Below are positions 18,903-28,031 of a stretch of DNA of 64,000 bases, in pieces. Under the pieces are notes generated by a model. The model saw only the letters and a list, made by a program, of their open reading frames with translations, was not told the DNA's origin and did not search any database. The DNA lies in the NCBI GenBank assembly GCA_037076615.1, contig AP029158.1:261470-325469 (forward strand), in the 5' to 3' direction. This DNA is from Candidatus Parcubacteria bacterium. Its GTDB lineage: Bacteria; Patescibacteriota; Patescibacteriia; Patescibacteriales; UBA12465. Every line of letters starts with the position of its first letter. Position 1 is the first letter of the stretch. The position numbers and the translations under genes were made by a program.

Positions 18903-19265
18903 TTAGTAAAAAATCCATGAAGCGGTGGCATTGGTGCCTGTTGTTCTAAATATTGCCATATAACGAACATTGTCATTCGTGCCACTGTGTAAAAGTACAG
19001 TTTGTTGGTTTACTCTACTAATGTAAAAATTTTTCCACCCCGGATAGGTATCACTTTGCCAATACACAGAAACTTCAACATAATGCGGCCAAAGATTTGA
19101 AAAATTGTAATAAAAATAATAATCACCGATAGAATTTGGTGAAAAGTAAACGCTAAGGCCTGCATTAATTGGCACATTGGTTCCGCTTGTTTGGGCAGAT
19201 AAATTAGAAGGTAGGGCCACCCATAAAAACAAAAAAATCAAAATAACTCCAGTAATCTTTTTCAT
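18903..19265 (-). CDS. Small secreted hypothetical protein
   Basis: Signal peptide MKKITGVILIFLFLWVALPSNLSA-Q. The 120-aa protein is aromatic and Asn-rich, with no recognisable family. Confidence 0.6.
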   Translation of the reverse strand: MKKITGVILIFLFLWVALPSNLSAQTSGTNVPINAGLSVYFSPNSIGDYYFYYNFSNLWPHYVEVSVYWQSDTYPGWKNFYISRVNQQTVLLHSGTNDNVRYMAIFRTTGTNATASWIFY

Positions 19266-19411
19266 TTTTAATAATTTTTTAAATTGTTAATAATTTTTTA
19301 CAATTCTCATATAAATTTAATTATTTAACAAATTTTTATTTATTTTTTTTATAATAATTAGTTAAAATACCTGTATAAATTTAAAATTTTTTATTATTAA
19401 AAAATAAAAAC

Positions 19412-20347
19412 ATGTCTAAGCAAAACAAAGGTTATCTAAGGGTGGCGATAGTCATGATTATTATTGTCGGGGCGGGCAGCTATTTTTTGTCAGGCTCTTC
19501 TGTTTTTAAAAATTATACTTGTGAAAAACGGGGCGGTGGGCTGGTGGGACCTGATAAGCAAGAATGTTTTCCGAAAGATGTAAAATTGGCAGCCGCTAAA
19601 AATTTAAAAGGCAACACGATCACTATTCCTAATAAAAATGAAGAAATAGTGAAACTAGATTTTAAAGATGATAATTATGTTAGCGGCGATTTAAAAAACA
19701 CCACTGGCAAAATTGGTCAAGTGCTTATTGATACTAACCGAGTAGAAGCTTTTTTAAATGGTGATTCGTTTTTGAGCCCGATCCAGGTTAATTATCAAAA
19801 TGCAGACAACGCTCTTTATCTTGGTGCTTTTCAATTTGAGGGCGGTGATATTAGTAAAATAAATTTTCTGGGCGGGTATCTCGTTGTTGCTGGTGATAAA
19901 TATTTAGTGGATAAAATATCCGCAGAGCTAGGCCCTTATTTTCATGTTATCAGCGTTGTTTACCATCAAGAAAATGATTCTAATAACCAAAGAACAGCTG
20001 TTATTCATTTAAACACGGAGGATGCTAAGTTTTATGCCGGTAAAAATTGTTCAGAAATTGTCAATACTGAAACTAGGGTTAGGGGCGATAATAAGGAATA
20101 TGAGGTGTGTGTTTGGGGTAGTGGCAAGGAATGCGCCGTTTCTGCCTATAAGCAAGGAGCTTGCCCCTTAGATGGCATTGAGGTGGCGAATTTAAGTGAA
20201 GTTGATAAATATCTTAAGATTCATGGAATTTTACTGCCCGATGGTCGGTTTGTAACTGATCCGGAGCGATCAGACTGTGATCAAGAAAAAATATATAACG
20301 GCCTTTGTCCAACGATTCCATTTCTCGGTCAAGCAATTGGTTACTAA
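19412..20347 (+). CDS. Hypothetical membrane-anchored or secreted Cys-containing protein (weak DUF333-like Cys pattern)
   Basis: N-terminal TM (VAIVMIIIVGAGSYFL). The segments TCEKRGGGLVGPDKQECFP and YEVCVWGSGKECAVSAYKQGACP resemble the C..GG...C.fpdG.eC..w....C pattern of DUF333. This is recalled from memory only. Confidence 0.55.
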   Translation: MSKQNKGYLRVAIVMIIIVGAGSYFLSGSSVFKNYTCEKRGGGLVGPDKQECFPKDVKLAAAKNLKGNTITIPNKNEEIVKLDFKDDNYVSGDLKNTTGKIGQVLIDTNRVEAFLNGDSFLSPIQVNYQNADNALYLGAFQFEGGDISKINFLGGYLVVAGDKYLVDKISAELGPYFHVISVVYHQENDSNNQRTAVIHLNTEDAKFYAGKNCSEIVNTETRVRGDNKEYEVCVWGSGKECAVSAYKQGACPLDGIEVANLSEVDKYLKIHGILLPDGRFVTDPERSDCDQEKIYNGLCPTIPFLGQAIGY

Positions 20348-20350
20348 GAT

Positions 20351-20380
20351 AAAAAAATCCCGCCCGCGCGGGATTTTTTT
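20351..20380 (+). terminator. Rho-independent terminator
   Basis: Stem atcccgc/gcgggat, 4-nt loop, then TTTTTTT. Confidence 0.65.
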
Positions 20381-20450
20381 AGGGCTATTTTAAAAGCAGT
20401 CTAACATCTGCTATACTAAAGAGAACGTTAATAAATTAATATTTAATACT

Positions 20451-21047
20451 ATGGTTACTTTAAACGAATTGCCTTTTGCGATTGCCGACTTAGAGCCGCA
20501 TATTTCTGCTAAAACTCTGGAATTTCATCATGGTAAACACCACCAGGCTTATATTGATAACCTCAATAAATTAATTGCCGGCACTCCTTGGGAAAAAGAC
20601 AGCTTGGTAGGCTTATTGGTAAAAAGTTATGCCCGCGAAGGGAAGGAGGGCGTTTTTAATAATGCCGCTCAAGCCTTTAACCATGAGTTTTTCTGGAAGT
20701 GCCTGCGGCCCGCCCGTCATGAGGCGGTGATCCCGGTGGAGCTTAAAAATGCCGTTATTCATTCTTTTGGCTCTTGGGAGAAAATGATTGAAGAATTAAA
20801 AGGAGCGGCGTTGTCTCAGTTTGGTAGCGGTTGGGCGTGGTTAATTAAAGAAGATGATCACGTGCGTGTTTTAAAAACCGCTAACGCTGACACGCCTTTA
20901 GCTCATGGCCAAACCCCCTTGTTTGCCATTGATGTCTGGGAACATGCTTATTATTTAGATTATCAAAATAAACGCGCGGCTTATGTTGATGCCGTCATTG
21001 ATAATTTGGCTAATTGGGAATTTGCTTTAGAGAACTTGAAGGATTAA
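20451..21047 (+). CDS. Superoxide dismutase, Fe/Mn family
   Basis: LEFHHGKHH, FNNAAQ.FNH and DVWEHAYYLDYQN signatures across 198 aa. Confidence 0.9.
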   Translation: MVTLNELPFAIADLEPHISAKTLEFHHGKHHQAYIDNLNKLIAGTPWEKDSLVGLLVKSYAREGKEGVFNNAAQAFNHEFFWKCLRPARHEAVIPVELKNAVIHSFGSWEKMIEELKGAALSQFGSGWAWLIKEDDHVRVLKTANADTPLAHGQTPLFAIDVWEHAYYLDYQNKRAAYVDAVIDNLANWEFALENLKD

Positions 21048-21060
21048 GTATTAGGTATTT

Positions 21061-22557
21061 ATGACTTTTTGGCGGCGCCGAAGCCTAATAGTCGGACTCT
21101 TATTTTTAAGTGGTGTCTTATTTTTCTTCTCGCCCACTCAAGCGCAAACGTTACCAGAGCGCTTAACGGGCCGTATTTTACTTCAAGTAGAAAGCCATGG
21201 TGAAGCCTGGTATGTTAATCCGACTAATTTAAAACGTTATTATTTAGGGCGCCCTAGTGACGCCTTAGTTTTAATGAGACAACTCAGCCTTGGCATTTCC
21301 GAGGCCGAGTTTGCGACTTGGAATCAAGGCGCGCCGGCTTGGGCCAAGGGGCGCTTGTTTTTGCGACCCGAGAGTCACGGTGAAGCTTATTATGTCGACT
21401 TAAATCAACGTTGGCATTATTTAGGTCGCCCTGATGACGCTTGGCAGCTGCTACGTCAGCAAGGTTTGGGAATTACAAATATTGATCTAAACAAAATCCC
21501 GGCGGCAACTAGCGCTCCTCTTAGCGCGACAATCGCTCCGCCTTCACCGACCAGTTCGTTAGATTTAGACCATTTAAGCTCTTTAACTTGGAAATATAGG
21601 CAAGAAAATTACGAACAAAATTTTTCTTTATCAAGCCAGTTGAATAAAGATTATGCCGCCAGTCTAAAAGTTTTTTATTACAATGATCAGGCTGATGTTC
21701 AAGCGGTGCGAGAAGGATTTTATGGTTTATTTTTAAAACCTAAAGAGGGTGATACTTTAGTCGGTGATTTAGTGGCCTATGCCCGGCGCACGGGTCGCAG
21801 CCGCGGCTGGAGCAGTGATCAGGTGGCGGAATTTGTTTTGGCGCTAGTGCAGTATATTCCTTATGATCAGAGTAAACTCACGCAATCGCCAATTATTCCT
21901 AATTACCCTTATGAAACCGTCTATAAAAATTCCGGCGTTTGTTCTGATAAGACTTTTTTAGCGGTTAGTCTTTTACGAGAGCTTGGTTATGGAGCAGCAA
22001 TTTTAGATTTTCCGGAAAAGAATCACTCGGCGGTCGGCATTGCTTGCCCTCCAGAGGACTCACTTGCCGGTAGTGGCTATTGCTTTGTTGAAACTACTAA
22101 TTATTTTCCGCCCGGAGTTGTGCCTGGAGCAATTTCTTCCGGACAAGCCGTTGGTGGTTCGGAGATGCCCCTGGCCCTATTTACGGCCGATCATTTAGGT
22201 CGTTTAGAAATTTATCAAAAAACACCAGGATCTTTTTATGAGGGGGTCAGAGTCACTAAAGAAAAGGCAGAATCTTTAAAAAATCTTTATCAGCGCTTAG
22301 CCACCGAAAAACAGTTATTAGATGTGGCTGGGAAGGAGTTGAGTGCCGAGCAAGAGCGTTTAAGCGCTCAGCGCGCCAAACTCGATGCCTATTTAGTCAC
22401 CGGCGATTTAGTGGCCTATAACAAGGAGGTAGATGCTTATAATCAGGCGGTTAATCAATATAACAGTGATTTAGAAGGCTACCGCCAGCAGCAGAGAGAA
22501 TATAATAATTTAGTGACTACTTATAATCAGGGGTTGGCTGATTTTTACCAAAAATAA
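21061..22557 (+). CDS. Secreted protein with a tandem N-terminal repeat, a transglutaminase-like core and a C-terminal coiled coil
   Basis: It has a signal peptide and two repeats of about 47 aa (ESHGEAWYV...YYLGRP.DA). The arrangement SGVCSDKTFLAVSLLRELGY ... NHSAVGI looks like a Cys-His papain/transglutaminase fold. The tail is Y/N/Q-rich and helical. Confidence 0.55.
   Translation: MTFWRRRSLIVGLLFLSGVLFFFSPTQAQTLPERLTGRILLQVESHGEAWYVNPTNLKRYYLGRPSDALVLMRQLSLGISEAEFATWNQGAPAWAKGRLFLRPESHGEAYYVDLNQRWHYLGRPDDAWQLLRQQGLGITNIDLNKIPAATSAPLSATIAPPSPTSSLDLDHLSSLTWKYRQENYEQNFSLSSQLNKDYAASLKVFYYNDQADVQAVREGFYGLFLKPKEGDTLVGDLVAYARRTGRSRGWSSDQVAEFVLALVQYIPYDQSKLTQSPIIPNYPYETVYKNSGVCSDKTFLAVSLLRELGYGAAILDFPEKNHSAVGIACPPEDSLAGSGYCFVETTNYFPPGVVPGAISSGQAVGGSEMPLALFTADHLGRLEIYQKTPGSFYEGVRVTKEKAESLKNLYQRLATEKQLLDVAGKELSAEQERLSAQRAKLDAYLVTGDLVAYNKEVDAYNQAVNQYNSDLEGYRQQQREYNNLVTTYNQGLADFYQK
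21169..21489 (+). repeat. Intragenic tandem duplication (two ~47-aa repeats about 60 aa apart)
   Basis: GRILLQVESHGEAWYVNPTNLKRYYLGRPSDALVLMRQLSLGIS versus GRLFLRPESHGEAYYVDLNQRWHYLGRPDDAWQLLRQQGLGIT. Confidence 0.7.
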
Positions 22558-22580
22558 TCTTTTTTTAGGGCGCAAAAGCG

Positions 22581-22609
22581 TTGACAAGAAGGCCGCTTTC
22601 GGTTAAGAT
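22581..22609 (+). promoter_or_regulatory. Near-consensus sigma-70 promoter of the rpsB-tsf operon
   Basis: TTGACA - 17 nt - TAAGAT, followed by a structured leader of about 110 nt. Confidence 0.55.
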
Positions 22610-22727
22610 GAGTCCGTGATTGACGCTTAGCGTCTAGTCATTTTTACTAAATAACACATCGCCATTTTTTCTGGTCTCAAGACCTGGGCGATGGACGCCT
22701 CCACGCGGGGGATAAAAGAAAAATCAT

Positions 22728-23447
22728 ATGGAAAACAAAAAACTACCTAGTGTAGAAGAAATGATGATGGCCGGGATGCATTTTGGTCATCGCACCAATC
22801 GCTGGCATCCAAAAATGAAACCCTTTATCTTTGCTGATAAAAAAGGGGTTTATATTATTGATTTAAGAAAGAGTCAAGAGCAATTAGCGACCGCTTTAGA
22901 TTTTATGGCGCAACTGATTTTTGAAAACAAGACAATTTTATTTGTTGGCACCAAAAATCAAGTTAAAGGTCCTCTAAAGGCGATGGCGAAGGCAATTAAT
23001 CAGCCTTATATTGTGGGTAAATGGTTGGGTGGATTTTTGACCAATTTCTCCATGGTGAAGAAATCAGTGCAAAAATACAAAGAGTTAGTGGCCGATAAGG
23101 AGAGCGGTCGTTTAGATCGTTATACTAAAAAGGAGCGCTCTGACTTTGACCGGGAAATTAAAAAATTGGAAGAACGGGTGGGTGGTTTAACCAATGTTTC
23201 TAAACTCCCAGATGCTTTATTTGTTTGGGATATTAAAGAAGAGGAAACCGCTGTTAAGGAAGCCCGGGTTAAAAATATTCCAGTCATCGCTATTTGCGAT
23301 ACCAATGTTGATCCGAGTCTAGTTAATTATCCGATTGCCGGCAATGACGATTCAACCAAAACCATTTCTTTAATTACGGAAACTATCCGTTATAATTTAA
23401 GCCAAATTAAGCCGGTGACAAAAGACGAAGAAAAGAAAGAGGCTTAA
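22728..23447 (+). CDS. rpsB: 30S ribosomal protein S2
   Basis: MMMAGMHFGHRTNRWHPKM, an rpsB signature, with conserved rpsB-tsf synteny. Confidence 0.95.
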   Translation: MENKKLPSVEEMMMAGMHFGHRTNRWHPKMKPFIFADKKGVYIIDLRKSQEQLATALDFMAQLIFENKTILFVGTKNQVKGPLKAMAKAINQPYIVGKWLGGFLTNFSMVKKSVQKYKELVADKESGRLDRYTKKERSDFDREIKKLEERVGGLTNVSKLPDALFVWDIKEEETAVKEARVKNIPVIAICDTNVDPSLVNYPIAGNDDSTKTISLITETIRYNLSQIKPVTKDEEKKEA

Positions 23448-23482
23448 GAAAATTTAAGTTATTAATAATTAAGTATAAGTAT

Positions 23483-24277
23483 ATGGAGAATATTAAAAAA
23501 TTAAGAGAAATGACCGGCGCCGGAATGGTTGATTGTAAGAAAGCTTTGGATGAAGCGGGTGGTGATTTAGAAAAAGCGGTAGAAATTTTACGCAAGAAAG
23601 GAATTGCCAAGGCTGCCAAAAGAACCGATCGCGAAGCGAGCGAGGGGTTGGTCGCGGTAAGAGTAAGTGCTGAGGCGACTGAGGGGTACATGGTGGAAGT
23701 TAATTCCGAAACTGATTTTGTCGCCCGCAATGAGAAGTTCCAAGAATTTGCGGAGCAAGTTTTAAACTTGATTGTTGAAAAGCAACCAGAAAATCTTGAG
23801 GCTTTATTGGCTTTAGAATTAAATGGGAATAAGGTTCAAGAAGTACTTGATCAGCTTTCAGGAGTAATCGGTGAAAAATTGGCAATCAGCCGCTTTACTG
23901 TTTTAAAAGGCGCCAGCGTGGCGGCGTATTCTCATTTAGGTGGCCGCATTGGTGTTTTAGTAGCTTTAGATGAGCCCGAAAAAAGCGACTTAGCCTTGGA
24001 CGTTGCCATGCAGGTAGCGGCGGCTAATCCAAAATATATTAGCTCGGATGAAGTTAGCGCTGAGGAATTAACTAAGGAGAAAGAAATTGCTCGCGAAATT
24101 CTAATCAAAGAAGGGAAGCCGGAGGAAATGGTAGAAAAGATTTTGACTGGAAAAATGAGCAAATATTACTCCGAGGTCTGCTTAGTGGAACAAGAGTATA
24201 TCAAGGATGATAAGAAAAAAGTAAAAGATATTCTTGGTGACTCGGTGGTGCTCGGCTTCGTTCGGTTTAGTCTTTAA
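23483..24277 (+). CDS. tsf: Elongation factor Ts
   Basis: LREMTGAGMVDCKKAL (UBA-like N-terminus) and ETDFVARNE. Confidence 0.9.
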   Translation: MENIKKLREMTGAGMVDCKKALDEAGGDLEKAVEILRKKGIAKAAKRTDREASEGLVAVRVSAEATEGYMVEVNSETDFVARNEKFQEFAEQVLNLIVEKQPENLEALLALELNGNKVQEVLDQLSGVIGEKLAISRFTVLKGASVAAYSHLGGRIGVLVALDEPEKSDLALDVAMQVAAANPKYISSDEVSAEELTKEKEIAREILIKEGKPEEMVEKILTGKMSKYYSEVCLVEQEYIKDDKKKVKDILGDSVVLGFVRFSL

Positions 24278-24286
24278 ATTTGACCA

Positions 24287-24316
24287 AGCCGCGCCCCATA
24301 AAGGGCGCGGCTTTTT
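24287..24316 (+). terminator. Rho-independent terminator after tsf
   Basis: 10-bp GC-rich stem agccgcgccc/gggcgcggct, 6-nt loop, then TTTTT. Confidence 0.7.
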
Positions 24317-24320
24317 CTAT

Positions 24321-25253
24321 ATGAACTTAGTACAAATAAAATTTTCCCCCTGGGATAAGAGTTATACCTTTGAAACCAATGACCCCACTTTAGCGGCTGG
24401 TGATTATGTGGTTTTAGAAACAGAGGTTGGTGAGGATTTGGGCCAGGTTGTGGAGATCTTAACAGATACCACTTTAGATCCGGAGGCGCCGCCTTTAAAA
24501 ATGGTTAAAAGGCGAGCTCAAAAAAATGATTTAAGTCGTTTGCCGAGTCTAGCCGAGAAGGAGGCGGCCTTAGAGATTTGTCAGGAGCGTGCCGATTTTT
24601 ATCAGCTAGATCTAAAATTAATTGATGTTAGTTTTTCTTTGGGTGGTAATCGTTTGAATTTTGCCTTTACCGCTAATGGCCGAATTGACTTTCGTGAGCT
24701 GGTTAAAGATTTAACAGTTCGGTTCAGTAAAAATATTCGCCTCACTCAGATTGGCGCTCGCGATGAAGCCCGATTTTCCGGTGATTGCGGTGCTTGTGGC
24801 AAGCCCTTGTGTTGTCGGACTTTTGTGAAAGATTTTTTTTCCGTGACCTCGGAGATGGCCGAAGCACAGCAAGTTGTTCATCGCGGGAGCGAAAGAATTT
24901 CCGGAATGTGCGGTCGTCTAATGTGTTGTCTGTCTTTTGAGTATGAAGGCTATCAAGAACTAAATGATAAATTGCCGCCTTTGGGAACGCGAGTGAATGT
25001 TGATGGGCAGCGCGGTGTCGTTGTTGGTCATCATGCTTTAAAACAGGCTGTGGACGTCAAATTCCCGGGCAGCCGGGAAGGGGAACGCGATTTAATTGTC
25101 CGTGTTGACTTAAACCGTCACCAGAAAAAGGAAGCGGCTGAGAAAAAAGCGGTCACCGAAAAGAAGGCGACTACAGAAAGAGCGGATAATCGTAAAAAAA
25201 ATTCCCCTCGTCAACGCTCAGCCCGCAGCTGGTCTCCCAAAAAGAAGCGTTAG
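24321..25253 (+). CDS. PSP1 domain protein (YaaT/RicT-like) with a lysine-rich C-terminal tail
   Basis: The Cys cluster CGACGKPLCCRTF...GMCGRLMCCLSFE is typical of PSP1 C-terminal domains. I moved the start to the ATG at 24321, downstream of the tsf terminator. Confidence 0.8.
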   Translation: MNLVQIKFSPWDKSYTFETNDPTLAAGDYVVLETEVGEDLGQVVEILTDTTLDPEAPPLKMVKRRAQKNDLSRLPSLAEKEAALEICQERADFYQLDLKLIDVSFSLGGNRLNFAFTANGRIDFRELVKDLTVRFSKNIRLTQIGARDEARFSGDCGACGKPLCCRTFVKDFFSVTSEMAEAQQVVHRGSERISGMCGRLMCCLSFEYEGYQELNDKLPPLGTRVNVDGQRGVVVGHHALKQAVDVKFPGSREGERDLIVRVDLNRHQKKEAAEKKAVTEKKATTERADNRKKNSPRQRSARSWSPKKKR

Positions 25254-25258
25254 TTACC

Positions 25259-25284
25259 GAGAACCCGAAAAGAGTTCTCTTTTT
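25259..25284 (+). terminator. Weak rho-independent terminator candidate
   Basis: 6-bp stem gagaac/gttctc, 9-nt loop, then TTTTT. Confidence 0.4.
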
Positions 25285-25345
25285 GGAGCTTTATGATTTT
25301 TTGTGTTATTATTGACAGGTAAATAAGTTTAATAATTAATAATTT

Positions 25346-26362
25346 ATGGCACAAAAAAAGTTAAAAATCGCAATTAATGGCTTTGGCCGTATTGGCCGCG
25401 CCGCCTTTAGAATTATTTTAGATGAACATCCGGAACTGGAGGTGGTGGCCGTTAATGATTTGGTGGGGGCCGAAGATTTAGCCAAGCTTTTACAATTTGA
25501 TACTTGCTATGGTCGTTTTAATAAAACCGTCGGCGTGAGAGGAAAGAATTTAGTTGTTAAAAGTAAAAATTATCCGGTTTTTTCCGAGAAAGATCCCACT
25601 AACTTGCCCTGGGCAAAACTGGGAGTAGATGTTGTTTTAGAATGTACCGGACGTTTTCGTGGCGCTGATGATGCGGCCGTCCATTTAAACAGTGGCGCTA
25701 AAAAAGTAATTATTTCCGCGCCGGGAAAAAATTGTAAAACTATCGTTTTGGGCGTCAACGAAAAAAACGTTAAAAAAAGTGATCACATAATTTCTTGTGC
25801 TTCTTGTACCACGAATTGCTTAGCACCGGTGACAGCCGTAATTGCCAAAGAATTTGGCATTAAAAAAGCTTTGATGTCTACTGTCCATGCCTATACCGGT
25901 GATCAGAATTTAGTGGATGGTCCTCATCCTAAAGACCCACGCCGGGCGCGCGCGGCGGCGGTGAATATTGTGCCGACCACTACCGGTGCGGCCGTGGCCG
26001 TGACAGAAACGATTCCAACCTTAGCGGGAAAATTTGATGGTTTGGCTTTTCGTGTTCCGGTTCCGGTTGGCTCGCTCTGTGATGTGACTTTTTTGTTAAA
26101 TAAAAAGACGACGGCCGCTGAAGTTAATAAAAAATTTCAACAAGCGGCCAAGGGGCGTCTAAAAAATATTTTAGAAGCCAGTACGGGTGAATTAGTTTCT
26201 TCAGATATCATCGGTAATTCTCATAGCAGCATTGTTGATTTGCCTTTAACGAGAGTGGTCGATGGTGATTTACTAAAGGTGGTGGCATGGTATGATAATG
26301 AATGGGGTTATTCCCAGCGTCTAGTAGAATTAGCCGCTTATTTAAAAAAATATCTTAACTAA
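25346..26362 (+). CDS. gap: Glyceraldehyde-3-phosphate dehydrogenase (type I)
   Basis: INGFGRIGR, the active site SCTTNCLAP, and WYDNEWGYS. Confidence 0.93.
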   Translation: MAQKKLKIAINGFGRIGRAAFRIILDEHPELEVVAVNDLVGAEDLAKLLQFDTCYGRFNKTVGVRGKNLVVKSKNYPVFSEKDPTNLPWAKLGVDVVLECTGRFRGADDAAVHLNSGAKKVIISAPGKNCKTIVLGVNEKNVKKSDHIISCASCTTNCLAPVTAVIAKEFGIKKALMSTVHAYTGDQNLVDGPHPKDPRRARAAAVNIVPTTTGAAVAVTETIPTLAGKFDGLAFRVPVPVGSLCDVTFLLNKKTTAAEVNKKFQQAAKGRLKNILEASTGELVSSDIIGNSHSSIVDLPLTRVVDGDLLKVVAWYDNEWGYSQRLVELAAYLKKYLN

Positions 26363-26368
26363 AAAAAT

Positions 26369-27097
26369 ATGAGAATGACAGGAAAAGTGGCGATTGTCAC
26401 CGGTGCCACTTCAGGAATTGGCCGGGCAATAGCTGAGCACTTCTTAAAAGAAGGAGCGCAAGTAGTTTTTTCGAGTTTGTCGGAAGAAATGGAATTAAAC
26501 AATCCAAATGCTATCTATGTAAAATGTGATGTTTCTAAAAGCGCTGAGGTTGATAATTTGGTCCAGGCCGCCGTTGATAAATTTGGACGCTTAGATGTGA
26601 TGGTTAACAACGCCGGCGTTGGTGACTCTCATACTTTAATTGAGACTAGTGATGAAGAGTGGGATAAAATTATTTCCATTAATTTGACGGGTGTTTTCTA
26701 TGGTGCGCGTGCGGCCGCCCGCAAGATGAAAGAGTTAAAGATTGCCGGTAACATTATTAATATGAGTTCGGTTTTGGGTAAAGTTGGTTTTTTCGGCGCC
26801 ATCAGTTATTGCAGTGCTAAGGGCGGCGTTGTTCAACTTACCAGAACAGCCGCTCTGGAATTGGCCCCATCAGGAATTAGAGTTAATGCGATTGCCCCTG
26901 GTTTTATTACCACCAAGATGACTGAAGGGATTCTAGAGAATGAACAATTTAACAAAATAATTGTTGACAGCACGCCCTTAGGGCATGTTGGCGATGTGGA
27001 TGATATCGCCTTAGCCGCTGTTTATCTAGCCAGCGATGAAGCTAAATATGTTACTGGCGAGATGTTATATGTTGATGGCGGCTGGACCTCGAGATAA
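26369..27097 (+). CDS. Short-chain dehydrogenase/reductase (FabG/glucose 1-dehydrogenase-like)
   Basis: TGATSGIGRA, NNAG and YCSAK (YxxxK) motifs. Confidence 0.85.
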   Translation: MRMTGKVAIVTGATSGIGRAIAEHFLKEGAQVVFSSLSEEMELNNPNAIYVKCDVSKSAEVDNLVQAAVDKFGRLDVMVNNAGVGDSHTLIETSDEEWDKIISINLTGVFYGARAAARKMKELKIAGNIINMSSVLGKVGFFGAISYCSAKGGVVQLTRTAALELAPSGIRVNAIAPGFITTKMTEGILENEQFNKIIVDSTPLGHVGDVDDIALAAVYLASDEAKYVTGEMLYVDGGWTSR

Positions 27098-27108
27098 TAA
27101 TAATTTTT

Positions 27109-27867
27109 ATGAAAATCTTAAAAAAAATATTTGCCAAGAAAGAAAGTAAACTAGAGCCAGTAGGCTCCTTACTGAAGAGTACTTGGTCAGATTATAAAAA
27201 ACAGGCCTTTAAGTTTATTGAGCTTTTAGTTTACGGCTTAATCGGTTCTTTGCCTTTCATGTTGCTCCTTTTTATTTTTATTAGAGTACTGATGGTCGGT
27301 GGTGAGACTTGGCCCGGTTTTGGTGTTTTAGGAATTTTTATTGTCTTTTTCTTGGTCTCTTTAGTCTTAATGATTGTTTGGAATTTGCGAGCGCAAATAG
27401 GTGGCATTCTTCTTTTAAAAGAGAATTATCAGTTATCGCCGCGAGAAAGTTTTAAGAGGGCCGATAAGTATATGGTTCCTTTTATTGGCGTCACCGCTTT
27501 ACTTTCGGTCTTAATCTTTGCTTGGGGCTTACTATTCTTATTACCGGCTTTAATTTTTGGGATTTATTACGGCTTCTCTCAATATGTTCAGGTCGCCGAG
27601 GATGAGCGCCCGTTTCGATCGGTTGAACGCAGTTATGACCTGGTTAGAGGGCACTGGTGGCCAGTCTTTGGTCGCTTCCTCCTCTTAATTTTAGTCGGTT
27701 TTCTTGCCTACGGTGTCCTCAGCATTCCTTTTTTCTGGATTAGTGAAGGTGGCTGGCTCTTTGAGGCTTATAATCTGCTGATTAACTTAATCTGGATTCT
27801 ACTTTCTCCGTTTTTCACAATTTATCCTTATAAGGTTTATCGCAACTTAGTCAGAATAAAAGGCTAA
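27109..27867 (+). CDS. Hypothetical polytopic membrane protein
   Basis: The 252-aa ORF has about 5-6 hydrophobic helices. I recognise no family motif. Confidence 0.65.
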   Translation: MKILKKIFAKKESKLEPVGSLLKSTWSDYKKQAFKFIELLVYGLIGSLPFMLLLFIFIRVLMVGGETWPGFGVLGIFIVFFLVSLVLMIVWNLRAQIGGILLLKENYQLSPRESFKRADKYMVPFIGVTALLSVLIFAWGLLFLLPALIFGIYYGFSQYVQVAEDERPFRSVERSYDLVRGHWWPVFGRFLLLILVGFLAYGVLSIPFFWISEGGWLFEAYNLLINLIWILLSPFFTIYPYKVYRNLVRIKG

Positions 27868-27892
27868 GAAAAACAAAAAAATAGTTTTACCA

Positions 27893-27924
27893 AGAAAACG
27901 GCTTAGGCCGTTTTCTTTTTTTTT
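27893..27924 (+). terminator. Rho-independent terminator
   Basis: 10-bp stem agaaaacggc/gccgttttct, loop ttag, then T8. Confidence 0.7.
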
Positions 27925-28031
27925 GTTGAATTTGAGGCGCTCTTTAAATTAAGACCGAAAATAATTGATAAAAGGTTCAGGGGTTTTTAATAGGGCAGCT
28001 GTTAGACTGGAGGTAGCTTAAAATATCTTTT

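Noticed and set aside
19266-19411. An 11-nt direct repeat, tataaatttaa, occurring twice in the AT-rich divergent spacer.
   Set aside because: In a nearly pure A/T region, such short repeats are expected by chance. There is no supporting structure.
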